NCBI GenBank assembly: GCA_963839635.1
Contig: CAWIVT010000006.1
Span: 470,936 to 534,935 of the forward strand
Length of the DNA stretch: 64,000 bases
Direction: 5' to 3'
Source: an uncultured Chloroflexia bacterium
Lineage (GTDB): Bacteria > Chloroflexota > Limnocylindria > QHBO01
Shown here one piece after another: positions 1 to 9,629 of this stretch. The translations under genes were made by a program, and so were the position numbers. The first letter of the stretch is position 1; the number at the start of each line of letters is the position of its first letter. A model generated the notes under the pieces. The model was not told the origin of the DNA, made no database searches, and saw nothing but the letters and a program-made list of their open reading frames with translations.

Positions 1-1781
1 GGTCGCCCACCTGGTGGCCGTGCGCCTTGTTGAAGAGGCCGAACCGATCGAGATCGAAGACGATCGCGCTCAGGGGGCGCCACCCGGTGAGCCGCTCGCG
101 CCGATGCGCGGCCAGGACCCGATCGAGGGATTCGTCGAAGTGGCGGCGGTTGTAGAGCCCCGTGAGCGGATCCCGCACCGCGAGCTCCTCCACCTCGGCA
201 TGCAGGAACGCATTCGCGACGGCGAGCGCGGCGCTGCTGGCCAACAGCTGAAGGCCCTCGAGCTCGAGCTCGGTGAAGCCGGCGCCGGCCGCCGTCCGCC
301 CGATGGTGAGCGCGCCGACGACCACGCCGTCACGGATCAACGGAAGGCCAACGCCGTGGGTCAACGCGGCGATCTCGAGATCCTGCATCGCCTTGGGGTA
401 TTGGTCGGGACTGAGCGCCCCCTCGATCACGATCGCGCGGTCCCGAATCGCACGGCCGGCCAGCCCCTCGCCGACCTGCACCTGGCGACCGACGACGCGT
501 CCCGGCACGCCGCGTCCCGCACGAACCAGGTATCTGCCGTCGGTTCGATCCAGGAGGGTCACCGCCAGCGTGTCCCCAGCGACGACGCGCCCGGTTGCCT
601 CGATGATCATCTCAGCGAGCGGCTCGATGGCCAGGGAGCTGGTGACGTCGCGACCGAAGGCCTCGATGTCCCGGAACAGGTCTGCGCGGGCGGCGAGCGT
701 TCGGCGGTCCTGTCCGAGTGCGACCGCCGTGGCGATCCGGGTCGCCATGATCGCCACGAGGCTGCGATCGGTCGTGTCGAGCCGGTGGGCGCCGACCGTC
801 TCCACGTTCAGAAGGCCAAGGAATCGGCCGTCGACGACGAGCGGCGCGCAGATGAGGCTCGTCGCGCTCATGGTGCCCGGCACGTAGTCGGGATCCGCGC
901 CGATGTCAGGCACGAAGGCGAGCTCGCGGGTCCGCATCACGCGGCCGGCAACGCCGGTGGTGGCGTCGAAGGAATCGAGCGCCTCGACGTACCCGCCGCG
1001 GGCTGTCAGGTGCACGCGATCCGAGTCGCCGAGATAGACGGAGACGTACGGATATCCGAAGCGCCGCATGATCACCTCGACGACGCGTTCGATCGACTCT
1101 GCCGCCGGCCCACCCTCCACCAGCAGCCGGCCGACGGACTCCAGCGCGGAGATCTGGCGCGCGCGCCGCCGCTCGAGCCGCATCCCCGATCGCGCCGCGA
1201 CAAGCGCTTCCTCGAGGGCGTGAACGATACGCCGCGTGCTGAAGCCGATCACGAGCGCGACGCCGGCCAAGCGTGACTCCGCGCAGGGCGATGGCGCTCG
1301 TCGATCCCGGGTTCTGGAGCTCGGGGCCAAGCAGGACGATCGCCGCCACCGCGGCCGCGGCCGTGCCGTGCACCGCTCCGGCGGCTGCAGCCGCGGCGAC
1401 GATCGGGATGTAGAGCGAGAGCAGCGGCCGCGCCTCGCCGCCGATCAGGAGCGACGCGACCGACGCGAAGGCGAGCGGCGGGAGGAGACGGATCAGCTGC
1501 CACCCGAGCCGGGCGTGCAGTCGGTTACGCCGCCCCAGCCGGCCGAGCAGCGCCTGGGCAAGGAGCGCCACGGCGCTCATGCCCATTGCAAGCCCGAGCT
1601 CGCTCGGTCGCTGGCCCAGGAGCGCGGTGAGCACCACGATCGGCACCAGCGTTGCGGTGTAGAACAGGTACGGATCGTTTGACGATCCGGAGCCAGGATG
1701 GCGCGAGGTCCCAGGGGCGCAGGGCACGGCCCAGCGTCGAGCGTTCCCCGTGTGCAGCGGTCGGGCGCATGTGCGGGGCAT
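1..1781 (-). CDS. Membrane-anchored GAF-GAF-GGDEF diguanylate cyclase. The 3' end runs off the left edge and there is one frame change near 1270.
   Basis: My own minus-strand translation of 1..1270 gives two GAF-like segments, then LAVRDPLTGLYNRRHFDESL...IVFDLDRFGLFNKAHGHQVGD, which is the start of a GGDEF domain. The hydrophobic N-terminal part (LFYTATLVPIVVLTALLG, IPIVAAAAAAGAV) lies in the frame of track ORF 906..2978 between ~1280 and ~1700. The two parts are in different frames. The start (ATG at 1781) is uncertain. Confidence 0.75.
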
Positions 1782-1910
1782 GGTGGACCGTCCGAGGTTG
1801 GCCCCACCATGCCCCCGAAGTACTGCCGTGGTCCGGCTGGCACGCTGCACGCTATGGTTCGACCGTACGCCAACGTGCGTCCAGGTGCCCATGCACGGAG
1901 AGACAAGACC

Positions 1911-2780
1911 ATGACCTTTCGGCGGGACGTTGAGCTCGACCCCGGCCAGGTTCAGGATCGGCGAGGCCGGCGCGTCAGCGGCGGCGGCGTCGCGATGGGC
2001 GGCGGCCTCGGAACGCTGATCATCATCGCGCTGATCATCCTGTCCGGAGGGAACATTGGCGACATCATCGGTGGCCTCGGTGCGGGCCAGACCGACACCG
2101 GGCCGCTCCCGAGCGACCTCGCAACGGAATGCGAGACCGGCGCCGACGCGAACGAGCGGCAGGATTGCCGGCTCGTCGGCGCCGTCAACAGCCTGGACGA
2201 GTACTGGAGCGGCGCCTTCGGTGCCTCCGGCGATCAGTACCAGACGCCGAGCACCGTCCTCTTCTCCGGCGCCGTCGACACCGCGTGCGGCAGCGCATCG
2301 AGCGCAGTCGGCCCCTTCTACTGCCCGATCGACCAGACGATCTACATCGACCTCGGCTTCTACGAGCAGCTCGAGACCCAGTTCGGCGCGGAGGGCGGCC
2401 CGTTCGCGGAGATGTACGTGGTCGCGCACGAGTACGGCCACCACGTCCAGAACCTCCTCGGCCAGCTCGAGGCCGGCCGGGACGCCGGCGCCGAGGGCGG
2501 CGCGGTGCGCACCGAGCTCCAGGCCGACTGTTATGCCGGGGTGTGGGGCGGGAACGCCGTCGATACCGGCTTCCTCGAGCCGCTGACCCCCGAGCAGATC
2601 AACCAGGCCCTCGACGTCGCAGCCACCATCGGCGACGATCGGATCCAGGAGCAGACACAGGGGCAGGTCAACCCGGAGACCTGGACACACGGCTCCGCGG
2701 AGCAGCGACAGGAGTGGTTCCGCATCGGCTTCGACGCCAGGGCGGCCACGTCGTGCGACACGTTCAACGCCGACATCTGA
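1911..2780 (+). CDS. YpfJ-family neutral zinc metallopeptidase, membrane-anchored
   Basis: Part of ORF 1698..2780. ATG at 1911 follows GGAG at 1897-1900. There is an N-terminal TM segment (LGTLIIIALIILSGG). The motifs GPFYCPIDQTIYIDLGFY and HEYGHHVQ (HExxH) are typical of the YpfJ/PF04228 family. Confidence 0.85.
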   Translation: MTFRRDVELDPGQVQDRRGRRVSGGGVAMGGGLGTLIIIALIILSGGNIGDIIGGLGAGQTDTGPLPSDLATECETGADANERQDCRLVGAVNSLDEYWSGAFGASGDQYQTPSTVLFSGAVDTACGSASSAVGPFYCPIDQTIYIDLGFYEQLETQFGAEGGPFAEMYVVAHEYGHHVQNLLGQLEAGRDAGAEGGAVRTELQADCYAGVWGGNAVDTGFLEPLTPEQINQALDVAATIGDDRIQEQTQGQVNPETWTHGSAEQRQEWFRIGFDARAATSCDTFNADI

Positions 2781-2863
2781 CGAGGCGACCCGGCACTTCT
2801 GGCGCTTGGCGGCGATTGACGAACGTGTGAGACTGTCGCCCCCCAACCGGGAGTGAGCGCACG

Positions 2864-4887
2864 ATGACGACGAACGGCCACGGCACGGACCCGGGCCGCC
2901 GCGTACCCGACGAGCACGTGCTTGGCTCCCCATTCCCGCCCATCGCCGAGTACGGTTTCCTGTCGGACTGCGAGACAACCGCGCTCGTCGCGCCGAGCGG
3001 CAACGTCGAGTGGCTGTGCCTGCCTCGGATGGATTCGCCGAGCGTGTTCGGCGCGATTCTCGACCGCGGTGCCGGCGGCTTCCGGCTCGGGCCGTCGGAC
3101 ATCAACGTGCCGGCCGCGCGGCGCTACCTGCCCGGCACCATGGTGCTCGAGACGAGCTGGGGCTCGCCGGGCGGCTGGATCATCGTCCGGGACGTGCTGC
3201 TCATCGGCCCCTGGCGACACACCGAGGCCCGATCGCAAGACGCAGCGCCGGCCGCCGACGGACTACGACGCCGCGCACATCCTGCTGCGCACGGTGCGGT
3301 GCGTGAACGGCGAGATGCAGCTCACGCTCGACTGCGAGCCGCGGTTCGAGTACGGCCTGCGAATCCGGCACGTGGAGCTACACCGAGGACGGCTACCACC
3401 AGGGCGATGTGTCGCGCCGAGGGCAGCGACGTGGAGCTGGTCCTCACCAGCGACATGAACATCGGCTTCGAGGGACCGCGCGCCAGCGCCCGGACGCTGC
3501 ATCAAGGAGGGTGAGACCCGCTTCTGCGCGCTCAGCTGGAACGGCGCGGCGGCGCCTCGCACCTACGACGATGCCTACCAGCGCCTCGTCTGGACCGCGC
3601 ACCACTGGCAGCACTGGCTGGCGCGCGGCAACTTCCCCGACCACCCGTGGCGCTCCCACCTCGAGCGCTCGCGCGCTCACCCTCAAGGGGCTGACCTACG
3701 CGCCGAGCGGCGCGATCGTCGCGGCGCCGACGACGTCACTGCCGGAGACGCCCGGCGGCGAGCGCAACTGGGACTACCGATACAGCTGGATCCGCGACTC
3801 GACCTTCGCGCTGTGGGGCCTCTACACGCTCGGCTTCGACTGGGAGGCCAAGGACTACCTCGCCTTCATCGCCGACGTCGCCGAGCGCGACAAGCGAGCT
3901 GCAGATCATGTACGGCATCGACGGCGAGCGCGGCGCTCGACGAGCGAATCCTCCCCCACCTGGGCGGCTACGAGGGCGCACGGCCGGTGCGCATCGGCAA
4001 CGCGGCGTACGGCCAGCGCCAGCACGACATGTGGGGCGCCGTGCTCGACTCGGTCTACCTGCACACCAAGTCTCGCGACCGGCTCGACGAGCGGGTCTGG
4101 CCGATCCTGACGCGCCAGGTCGAGGCCGCGATCGCGAACTGGCGCGAGCCCGACCGCGGCATCTGGGAGGTCCGTGGCGAGCCGAAGCACTTCACCAGCT
4201 CGAAGGTCATGTGCTGGGTCGCCGCCGACCGCGGCGCGCGCCTGGCACGCCTGCGCGGGGACGAGGAGCTCGCGGAGCGGTGGCAGGCGGCCGCCGACGA
4301 GATCCACGCCGACATCTGCGCCAACGGCGTCGACGAGCGCGGGGTGTTCACCCAGCACTACGAGACCGATGCGCTCGACGCCTCGGTCCTGCTCATGCCG
4401 CTCGTCCGCTTCCTGCCCGCCGACGACGAGCGCATCCGGCGCACGGTGCTCGCCATCGCCGACGAGCTGACCGACGACGGCCTGGTCCTGCGCTACCGGA
4501 CCGAGGAGACCGACGACGGCCTGAGCGGCGAGGAGGGCACGTTCACGATCTGCTCGTTCTGGCTGGTGTCGGCGCTGTGCGAGATCGGTGAGTACGCCCG
4601 TGCGCGCCGGCTGTGCGAGAAGCTGCTCTCGTACGCCAGCCCGCTGGGGCTGTACGGCGAGGAGCTCGATCCCGACACCGGGCGCCACCTCGGCAACTTC
4701 CCGCAGGCCTTCACCCACCTCGTCGCTCATCAACGCCGTCATGCACGTGATCCGCGCGGAGCACGGCGCCGTCGGCGGTGTCGCTCCCCTCACGCCGACG
4801 ACCCCGGCGCGCCCGACCTCCGGAAACGGCAGGGTGCACGCGGCCGAGCCGGCGCGGCGGGCGAAGAGGGCGGCGCGAAAGCGCTGA
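2864..4887 (+). pseudogene. Glycoside hydrolase family 15 protein (glucoamylase/trehalase-like), about 8 frame changes as sequenced
   Basis: GH15-like motifs are spread over ORFs 2864..3514, 2922..3458, 3409..4110, 3908..4591, 3813..4919 and 4588..4887. Examples: EYGFLSDCETTALVAPSGNVEWLCLPRMDSPSVF, SLPETPGGERNWDYRYSWIRDSTF, GIWEVRGEPKHFTSSKVMCWVA, NFPQAFTHL. The 3' end is uncertain. Confidence 0.8.
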
Positions 4888-4915
4888 CCGCGACCGAGCC
4901 CGGCAGAATACGGGC

Positions 4916-5860
4916 GTGAAGCCCTTTCGATTCCTTGCGGAGGCGCGCGCCATCGCCAGCGCCCGCGAGCTTGCGGAGACGGCGCGCCGGGCCGAGTCCA
5001 TCGGCATCGACGTGCTGGTCATCCCCGACCACCTGATCCCCCAGCTGGCGCCGATCCCGGCCATGGCGGCCATCGCCGCCGTCAGCGAACGCCTCCGCAT
5101 CGGCACCTTCGTCCTCAACAACGACCTGCGCCACCCTGCCGTCCTGGCCCAGGACCTCGCCAGCCTCGACGTGCTCAGCGAGGGGCGGCTCGAGGTCGCC
5201 ATCGGCGCCGGGTGGAACCGGCCCGAGTACGAGGCCATCGGCATCGAGTTCGACGCCACCCCCGTCCGGCAGGCTCGACTCGCCGAGGCGATCGCCGTCC
5301 TGAAGGGCTGCTTCGCCGACGGCCCGTTCAGCTTCACGGGCGAGCACTACCGCATCACCGATTACGACGCCGAGCCGAAGCCGGTGCAGCGGCCGCATCC
5401 GCCGTTTTTCATCGGCGGCGGCGGGCGACGCACGCTGACCCTCGCCGCGCGGCAGGCGCAGATCGTGGGGCTGGCGCCCAGCGATCCTGCCGAACGGCGT
5501 CGGCGATCCGGCGTCCGTGACGTTCGCCGCCACGGCAGAGAAGATCGAATGGGTGCGCGAGGCGGCTGGCGAGCGGTTCGACGACGCTCGAGCTCAACAT
5601 CTATCCGTCGATGACCGGCATCAGCGTCACCGACCACGCGCGACGGGAGGCGGAGGAGCTTGCGGATGCGCTGCGCACGCGCAGCGGGGTCAGGGTCGAG
5701 CGCGGAAGAGCTGCTCGACTCGCCGCACATCTTCATCGGCTCCGTCGACGGCTTCGTCGAGAAGTTCCAGCGGCTCCGCGAGGAGCTCGGGATCAGCTCG
5801 ATCATGGTCGGCGAGGTGGACGAGCTCGCGCCGGTCGTCGAACGCCTCGCGGGGACGTAG
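4916..5860 (+). pseudogene. LLM-class F420-dependent oxidoreductase (luciferase-like monooxygenase family), about 3 frame changes
   Basis: GTG at 4916 (VKPFRFLAEA...). Motifs: GIDVLVIPDHL, LRIGTFVLNNDLRHPAVLAQDLASLDVLSEGRLEVAIGAGW, then C-terminal pieces in ORFs 5517.., 5611.. and 5660..5860 (SPHIFIGSVDGFVEKFQRLREELGISSIMV). Confidence 0.8.
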
Positions 5861-5925
5861 CGTGTGTCATCTGCGGACCCCGCGCGGCGCGCATCCTGCT
5901 ATAACGCGAGCGAGAGGAGGATCAG

Positions 5926-6012
5926 ATGGACCTGATCTGGATCATCGTCATCGTTCTGGTGGTCTTGGCACTGCTCGGCTACTTCGGCTTCGGCCGTCGC
6001 CGCGGGCTCTAG
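5926..6012 (+). CDS. 28-aa single-pass membrane peptide (hypothetical)
   Basis: ATG at 5926 is preceded by GAGAGGAGGA at 5912-5921. It translates to MDLIWIIVIVLVVLALLGYFGFGRRRGL and stops at TAG 6010-6012. It is too short for the ORF track and there is no homology claim. Confidence 0.45.
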   Translation: MDLIWIIVIVLVVLALLGYFGFGRRRGL

Positions 6013-6033
6013 CCAGGGCTCACCCGCACGACA

Positions 6034-6070
6034 GTCCGCCGGGTGGCGAGCACCTCCCCGCCCGGCGGAC
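6034..6070 (+). terminator. GC-rich stem-loop (10-bp perfect stem, 17-nt loop) downstream of the small ORF
   Basis: gtccgccggg (6034-6043) is the exact reverse complement of cccggcggac (6061-6070). No U-tract follows, so its function as a terminator is only suggested. Confidence 0.35.
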
Positions 6071-6143
6071 GCACCAGTTCTCCTCCAGGTCGGCCGCTGC
6101 GCGCGGCCGGCCTGAACCAGCGTCGCGATCGGAGCCAGGCGCC

Positions 6144-7341
6144 GTGACGCGCATCCTCGTCTACACCGGCAAGGGCGGCGTCGGCAAGACGAGCGTCGCG
6201 GCCGCGACCGCGCTGGCCTGCGCCGACCGCGGCTACCGGACCATCGTGATGTCGACCGACATCGCCCACAGCCTCGGCGACGCCTTCGACCGGGAGCTCG
6301 GCCCGACCCCGCTCGAGATCGCGCCGAACCTGTGGGCGCAGGAGTCGGACGTCTTCTTCAACGTGGCGCGCTACTGGGGCCGGATCCAGGAGTACGCCGC
6401 ATCGGTCCTGCGCTGGCGCGGCCTCGACGAGGTGATGGCCGAGGAGATGACGGTCCTGCCCGGCATGGACGAGGTCGGCTCGCTGCTGTGGATCGCCGAT
6501 CACCACGACTCGGGCAACTACGACGTCGTCGTCGTCGATGCCGCGCCCACCGGCGAGACGCTGCGCCTGCTCTCCCTGCCGGAGGCGGCCAAGTGGTGGA
6601 TGGAGAAGATCGAGCCGATCGGGCGCCGGATCGCGAAGCTGACCGGCCCGCTCATCCAGCGCGTGGTGGGCATGCCGATGCCCGGCGACGACGTGTTCAA
6701 CGCCGGCGAGGAGCTGTTCGCGCGGCTCGACCACATGCACGCGCTGCTGACCGATCACGAGAAGACATCGGTCCGCGTCGTGCTCACCCTGGAGCAGGTG
6801 GTGATCAAGGAGGCGCAGCGCTCGTTCACCTACTTCCACCTCTACGACTACCCGACCGACATGGTCGTCGCCAATCGCGTCCTGCCCGACGACGTGGGCG
6901 CCTACTTCCGCGGCTGGTACGAGGCGCAGCAGCGCTACGGCCCGCTGGTCGAGAAGACGTTCCACCCGATCCCGGTGCAGCAAGGCGCCGTTCTTCGATC
7001 GCGAGATGGTCGGCATCGACCGCCTGCGCGAGCTGGCCGCCAGCGCTGTACGGCGACACCGATCCGACCGAGTTCTTCTACCGCGGCCGCCCGTACTAGG
7101 TGGTCCGCGACGACGGCGGCTTCCTGCGTCTCGGTCGACCTGCCGTTCACCGAGAAGGACCAGCATCAACCTGTCGCGCCACGGCGACGAGCTCGTCATC
7201 GACCTCGGCACCTGGCGCCGCACACTCGTCCTGCCGCGCATCCTGGTCGACGCCCCGACCGAGGGCGCGCGCTTCGAGGACAGAACCCTCAAGATCCGGT
7301 TCGGCACACCGGCACGCCCTGAAGGAGCACGCGACGCATGA
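6144..7341 (+). pseudogene. ArsA/GET3-family ATPase with C-terminal HSP20-like domain, about 4 frame changes plus an in-frame TAG at 7097
   Basis: GTG at 6144 follows GGAG at 6131. The P-loop is ILVYTGKGGVGKTSVAAATA, with DVVVVDAAPTGETLRLLSLPE further on. The C-terminal part DLPFTEKDQ/INLSRHGDELVIDLGTWRRTLVLPRILV is split over ORFs 5517..7322, 6332..7099 and 7006..7341. Confidence 0.8.
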
Positions 7342-7640
7342 CCGATCACACCACCCCCCGACCGCACCGCCGACCTCGAGGCGCGGATCGCCGAGCTCGA
7401 GCGGCGCAACTGGCGCGCGACCATGGACGAGGGCCGATCCGGCATCGAGACCGCCTTCTGGGCCGCGGTCCACACCGTCTTCCCCGAGGAGGCGCGCAAG
7501 CACCTCAAGGTCGCCGGCCGCGAGCAGCTGCTGGCGGCGCGCGTCTACCTCGACAAGCTGGATCGCACGGCTGGACGAGGACGAGAAGCAGGACGACTCG
7601 GCTGACGGCCGTGCGCACGAGAAGGATCGAGGTCGAGTAG
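7338..7640 (+). pseudogene. Small (~100 aa) helical hypothetical protein overlapping the ArsA-like stop, about 3 frame changes
   Basis: ATG at 7338 overlaps the TGA at 7339-7341. The plausible reading is MTDHTTP / DRTADLEARIAELERRNWRATMDEGRSGIETAFWAAVHTVFPEEARKHLKVAGREQLLAARVYLDKL / IARLDEDEKQDDSADGRAHEK / IEVE, spread over three frames. The first break is at a C-run near 7355-7361. Confidence 0.4.
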
Positions 7641-7677
7641 CCGGCCTCTGCTCGCGATCCGCTAGGATCATCGCGTC

Positions 7678-7753
7678 GCGGGAGTAGCTCAGTTGGCAGA
7701 GCGGCAGCCTTCCAAGCTGCATGTCGCGGGTTCGATCCCCGTCTCCCGCTCCA
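7678..7753 (+). tRNA. tRNA-Gly (anticodon UCC), CCA encoded
   Basis: Manual cloverleaf: acceptor GCGGGAG/CTCCCGC, D-arm GCTC-AGTTGGCA-GAGC, anticodon arm GCAGC-CTTCCAA-GCTGC (anticodon TCC), variable ATGTC, T-arm GCGGG-TTCGATC-CCCGT, discriminator T plus CCA. Total 76 nt. Confidence 0.93.
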
Positions 7754-7814
7754 CTCTCACCTGATCGCGCTCGGAGTCGATCCGCCCGCGTCCGGATGCG
7801 TATGCTCGGACCCG

Positions 7815-9516
7815 ATGCGCCCGCTGCCACCGCCCTACGACTCCATCGTCGCCGGGCGCCCGACGCGGATTCCGCTCCACGGCACGACCCTGTTGGCCAA
7901 TCGGCTCTTCACCAAGGACTTCGCCTTCAGCGCCGATGAGCGCGAGGCCTTCGAGCTTCGCGGCCTGCTGCCCGACCGCGTGATGACCATCGAGGAGCAG
8001 GTCGCGCTCGAGCTCGAGCGCCTGCGGCGCAAGGACGACGCCCTCGAGCAGTACATCGGCCTGGCGGCGCTGCAGGACCGCAACGCCACGCTCTTCTACC
8101 GGGTGCTCGCCGAGAACCTGGAGGAGCTGCTCCCGATCGTGTACACGCCGACCGTCGGGACTCGCGTGCCAGGAGTTCAGCCACATCCTGCGTCGCACCC
8201 GCGGCGCATGGATCACGCCGCACGACGTCGACCGGATCCCGGAGATCCTGCGCAATGGCCCGTACGCAGACGTGCGGCTCATCGTAGTGACCGACAACGA
8301 ACGCATCCTGGGCCTCGGCGACCTCGGCGCCGGCGGGATGGCGATCCCGATCGGCAAGCTCGCCCTCTACACCGGAGCCTGCGGCATCTACCCCGCCCTG
8401 ACCCTCCCAGTCAGCCTGGACGTCGGGACCGACAATCCGGACCTCCTGGCCGATCCGCTCTATCTCGGGCATCGCGCACCGCGCCTGCGCGGCGCGCAGT
8501 ACGACAGGCTGGTCGACGCATTCGTGACCGGGGTCCAGGAGGTCTGGCCCGGCTGCGTCATCCAGTTCGAGGACTTCAAGCAGCACAACGCGCTGCGCAT
8601 CCTCGACCGCTACCGCGACCGCGTTCCGAGCTTCAACGACGACGTGCAGGGCACGGCCGCAGTCGTGTTGGCCGGGGTGCTGGCCGCCCTCCGGCACCTG
8701 GGCCGACCGATAGCCGACCAGCGGATCCTGCTGGTCGGCGCCGGGGCCGCCGGCGTGGGGATCGCTCGCCTGCTACGTGCCGAGATGGCCGATGCGGGGA
8801 TGGGAGACGACGCGATCGCCATGTCCCTGCTTCTCGCTGATTCGCAGGGCCTGGTCCACGCCGAGCGCGAGAGCCTCGACGAGACGAAGCGGCCCCTTGC
8901 CGTTCCGCGAAACGTCGCCGATGCACAGGGCCTGAGCGTCGACAACGACCTCGTCGCGACGGTCCAGCGATACCGGCCAACGATCATGGTGGGAACGACA
9001 GGGGTCGCGGGCACCTTCTCGGAGGAGATCGTCCTCGCGATGGCGGCGGGGACCGATCGGCCCCTCATCATGCCGCTGTCGAACCCAACAGCCATCGCCG
9101 AGGCACGGCCGGAGGACGTGGTGCGCTGGACCGAGGGTCGGGCGCTGATCGCCACGGGCAGCCCGTTCGCGCCGGTCGAGGGCCTTCAGATCGGCCAGGC
9201 GAACAACGTCTTCATCTTCCCCGGACTGGGACTCGGGGCGATCGTCTCCGAGACGAGCCGCATCACCGATGCCATGGTCCTCGTCGCGGCGCGGACGCTC
9301 GCGGCCCAGGTCACGCCGGATCGCCTGGCCGCCGGCACGCTCTTCCCGCCGATCGCGGCGCTGCGACAGGTTTCGCGGGCGGTTGCCCTCGCGGTCGCGC
9401 GCGAGGCGATTGGGTCAGGCCACGCCCCCTCGAACGAGCACCTCGAAGCAGACGTCGACGCGGCGATGTGGTGGCCGGAATACGTGCCCTACATCCGCGC
9501 CGATGCCGAGCCCTGA
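7815..9516 (+). CDS. NAD(P)-dependent malic enzyme (one frame change near 8160)
   Basis: ORF 7815.. carries the N-terminal part ([13 protein letters not shown]...IVYTPTVG). ORF 8272..9516 carries [74 protein letters not shown] single extra base near 8160 separates the two frames. Confidence 0.88.
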
Positions 9517-9629
9517 CCCATCAGGATCGAAATTGGTGCCGCGTTCGCGGCCGCGCTCGGCATGGCGTCGGTCGGCACGCTGGAGCATCCCAGCTACGCC
9601 ACCTTCGTCACGGCACAGGTACCGGCCGC

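Noticed and set aside
14-1276. 420-aa plus-strand ORF at the left edge
   Set aside because: It is Arg/Ala/Gly/Asp-rich with no motif. It lies exactly antisense to a minus-strand reading that gives clean GAF and GGDEF motifs, so it is a GC-driven shadow ORF.
906-2978. 690-aa minus-strand ORF
   Set aside because: Only about 1280-1781 of it (hydrophobic helices) is believable, as the N-terminus of the GGDEF protein. Above 1911 it runs antisense to the well-supported YpfJ-like gene, and below 1270 it is out of frame with the GAF domains.
7097-7099. In-frame TAG in the ArsA-like gene as pyrrolysine or programmed read-through
   Set aside because: There are no pyl genes or other context. The codon sits amid four frame breaks within 200 bp, so a local sequence lesion (for example two compensating indels or a substitution) is far more likely.
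5517-7322. 601-aa plus-strand ORF as one protein
   Set aside because: It is a chimera. It is out of frame through the end of the LLM gene and the intergenic region, in frame for most of the ArsA-like gene, then out of frame again.
7678-7753. tRNA-Gly as an integration site of a genomic island
   Set aside because: No integrase, no direct repeat of the tRNA 3' end and no compositional change were seen on either side. The flanking genes are ordinary metabolic genes.
9538-9551. GCCGCG-TT-CGCGGC hairpin between the convergent malic-enzyme and CoA-transferase genes as a terminator
   Set aside because: The stem is only 6 bp with a 2-nt loop and no U-tract. That is too weak to call in a genome where such GC palindromes arise by chance.
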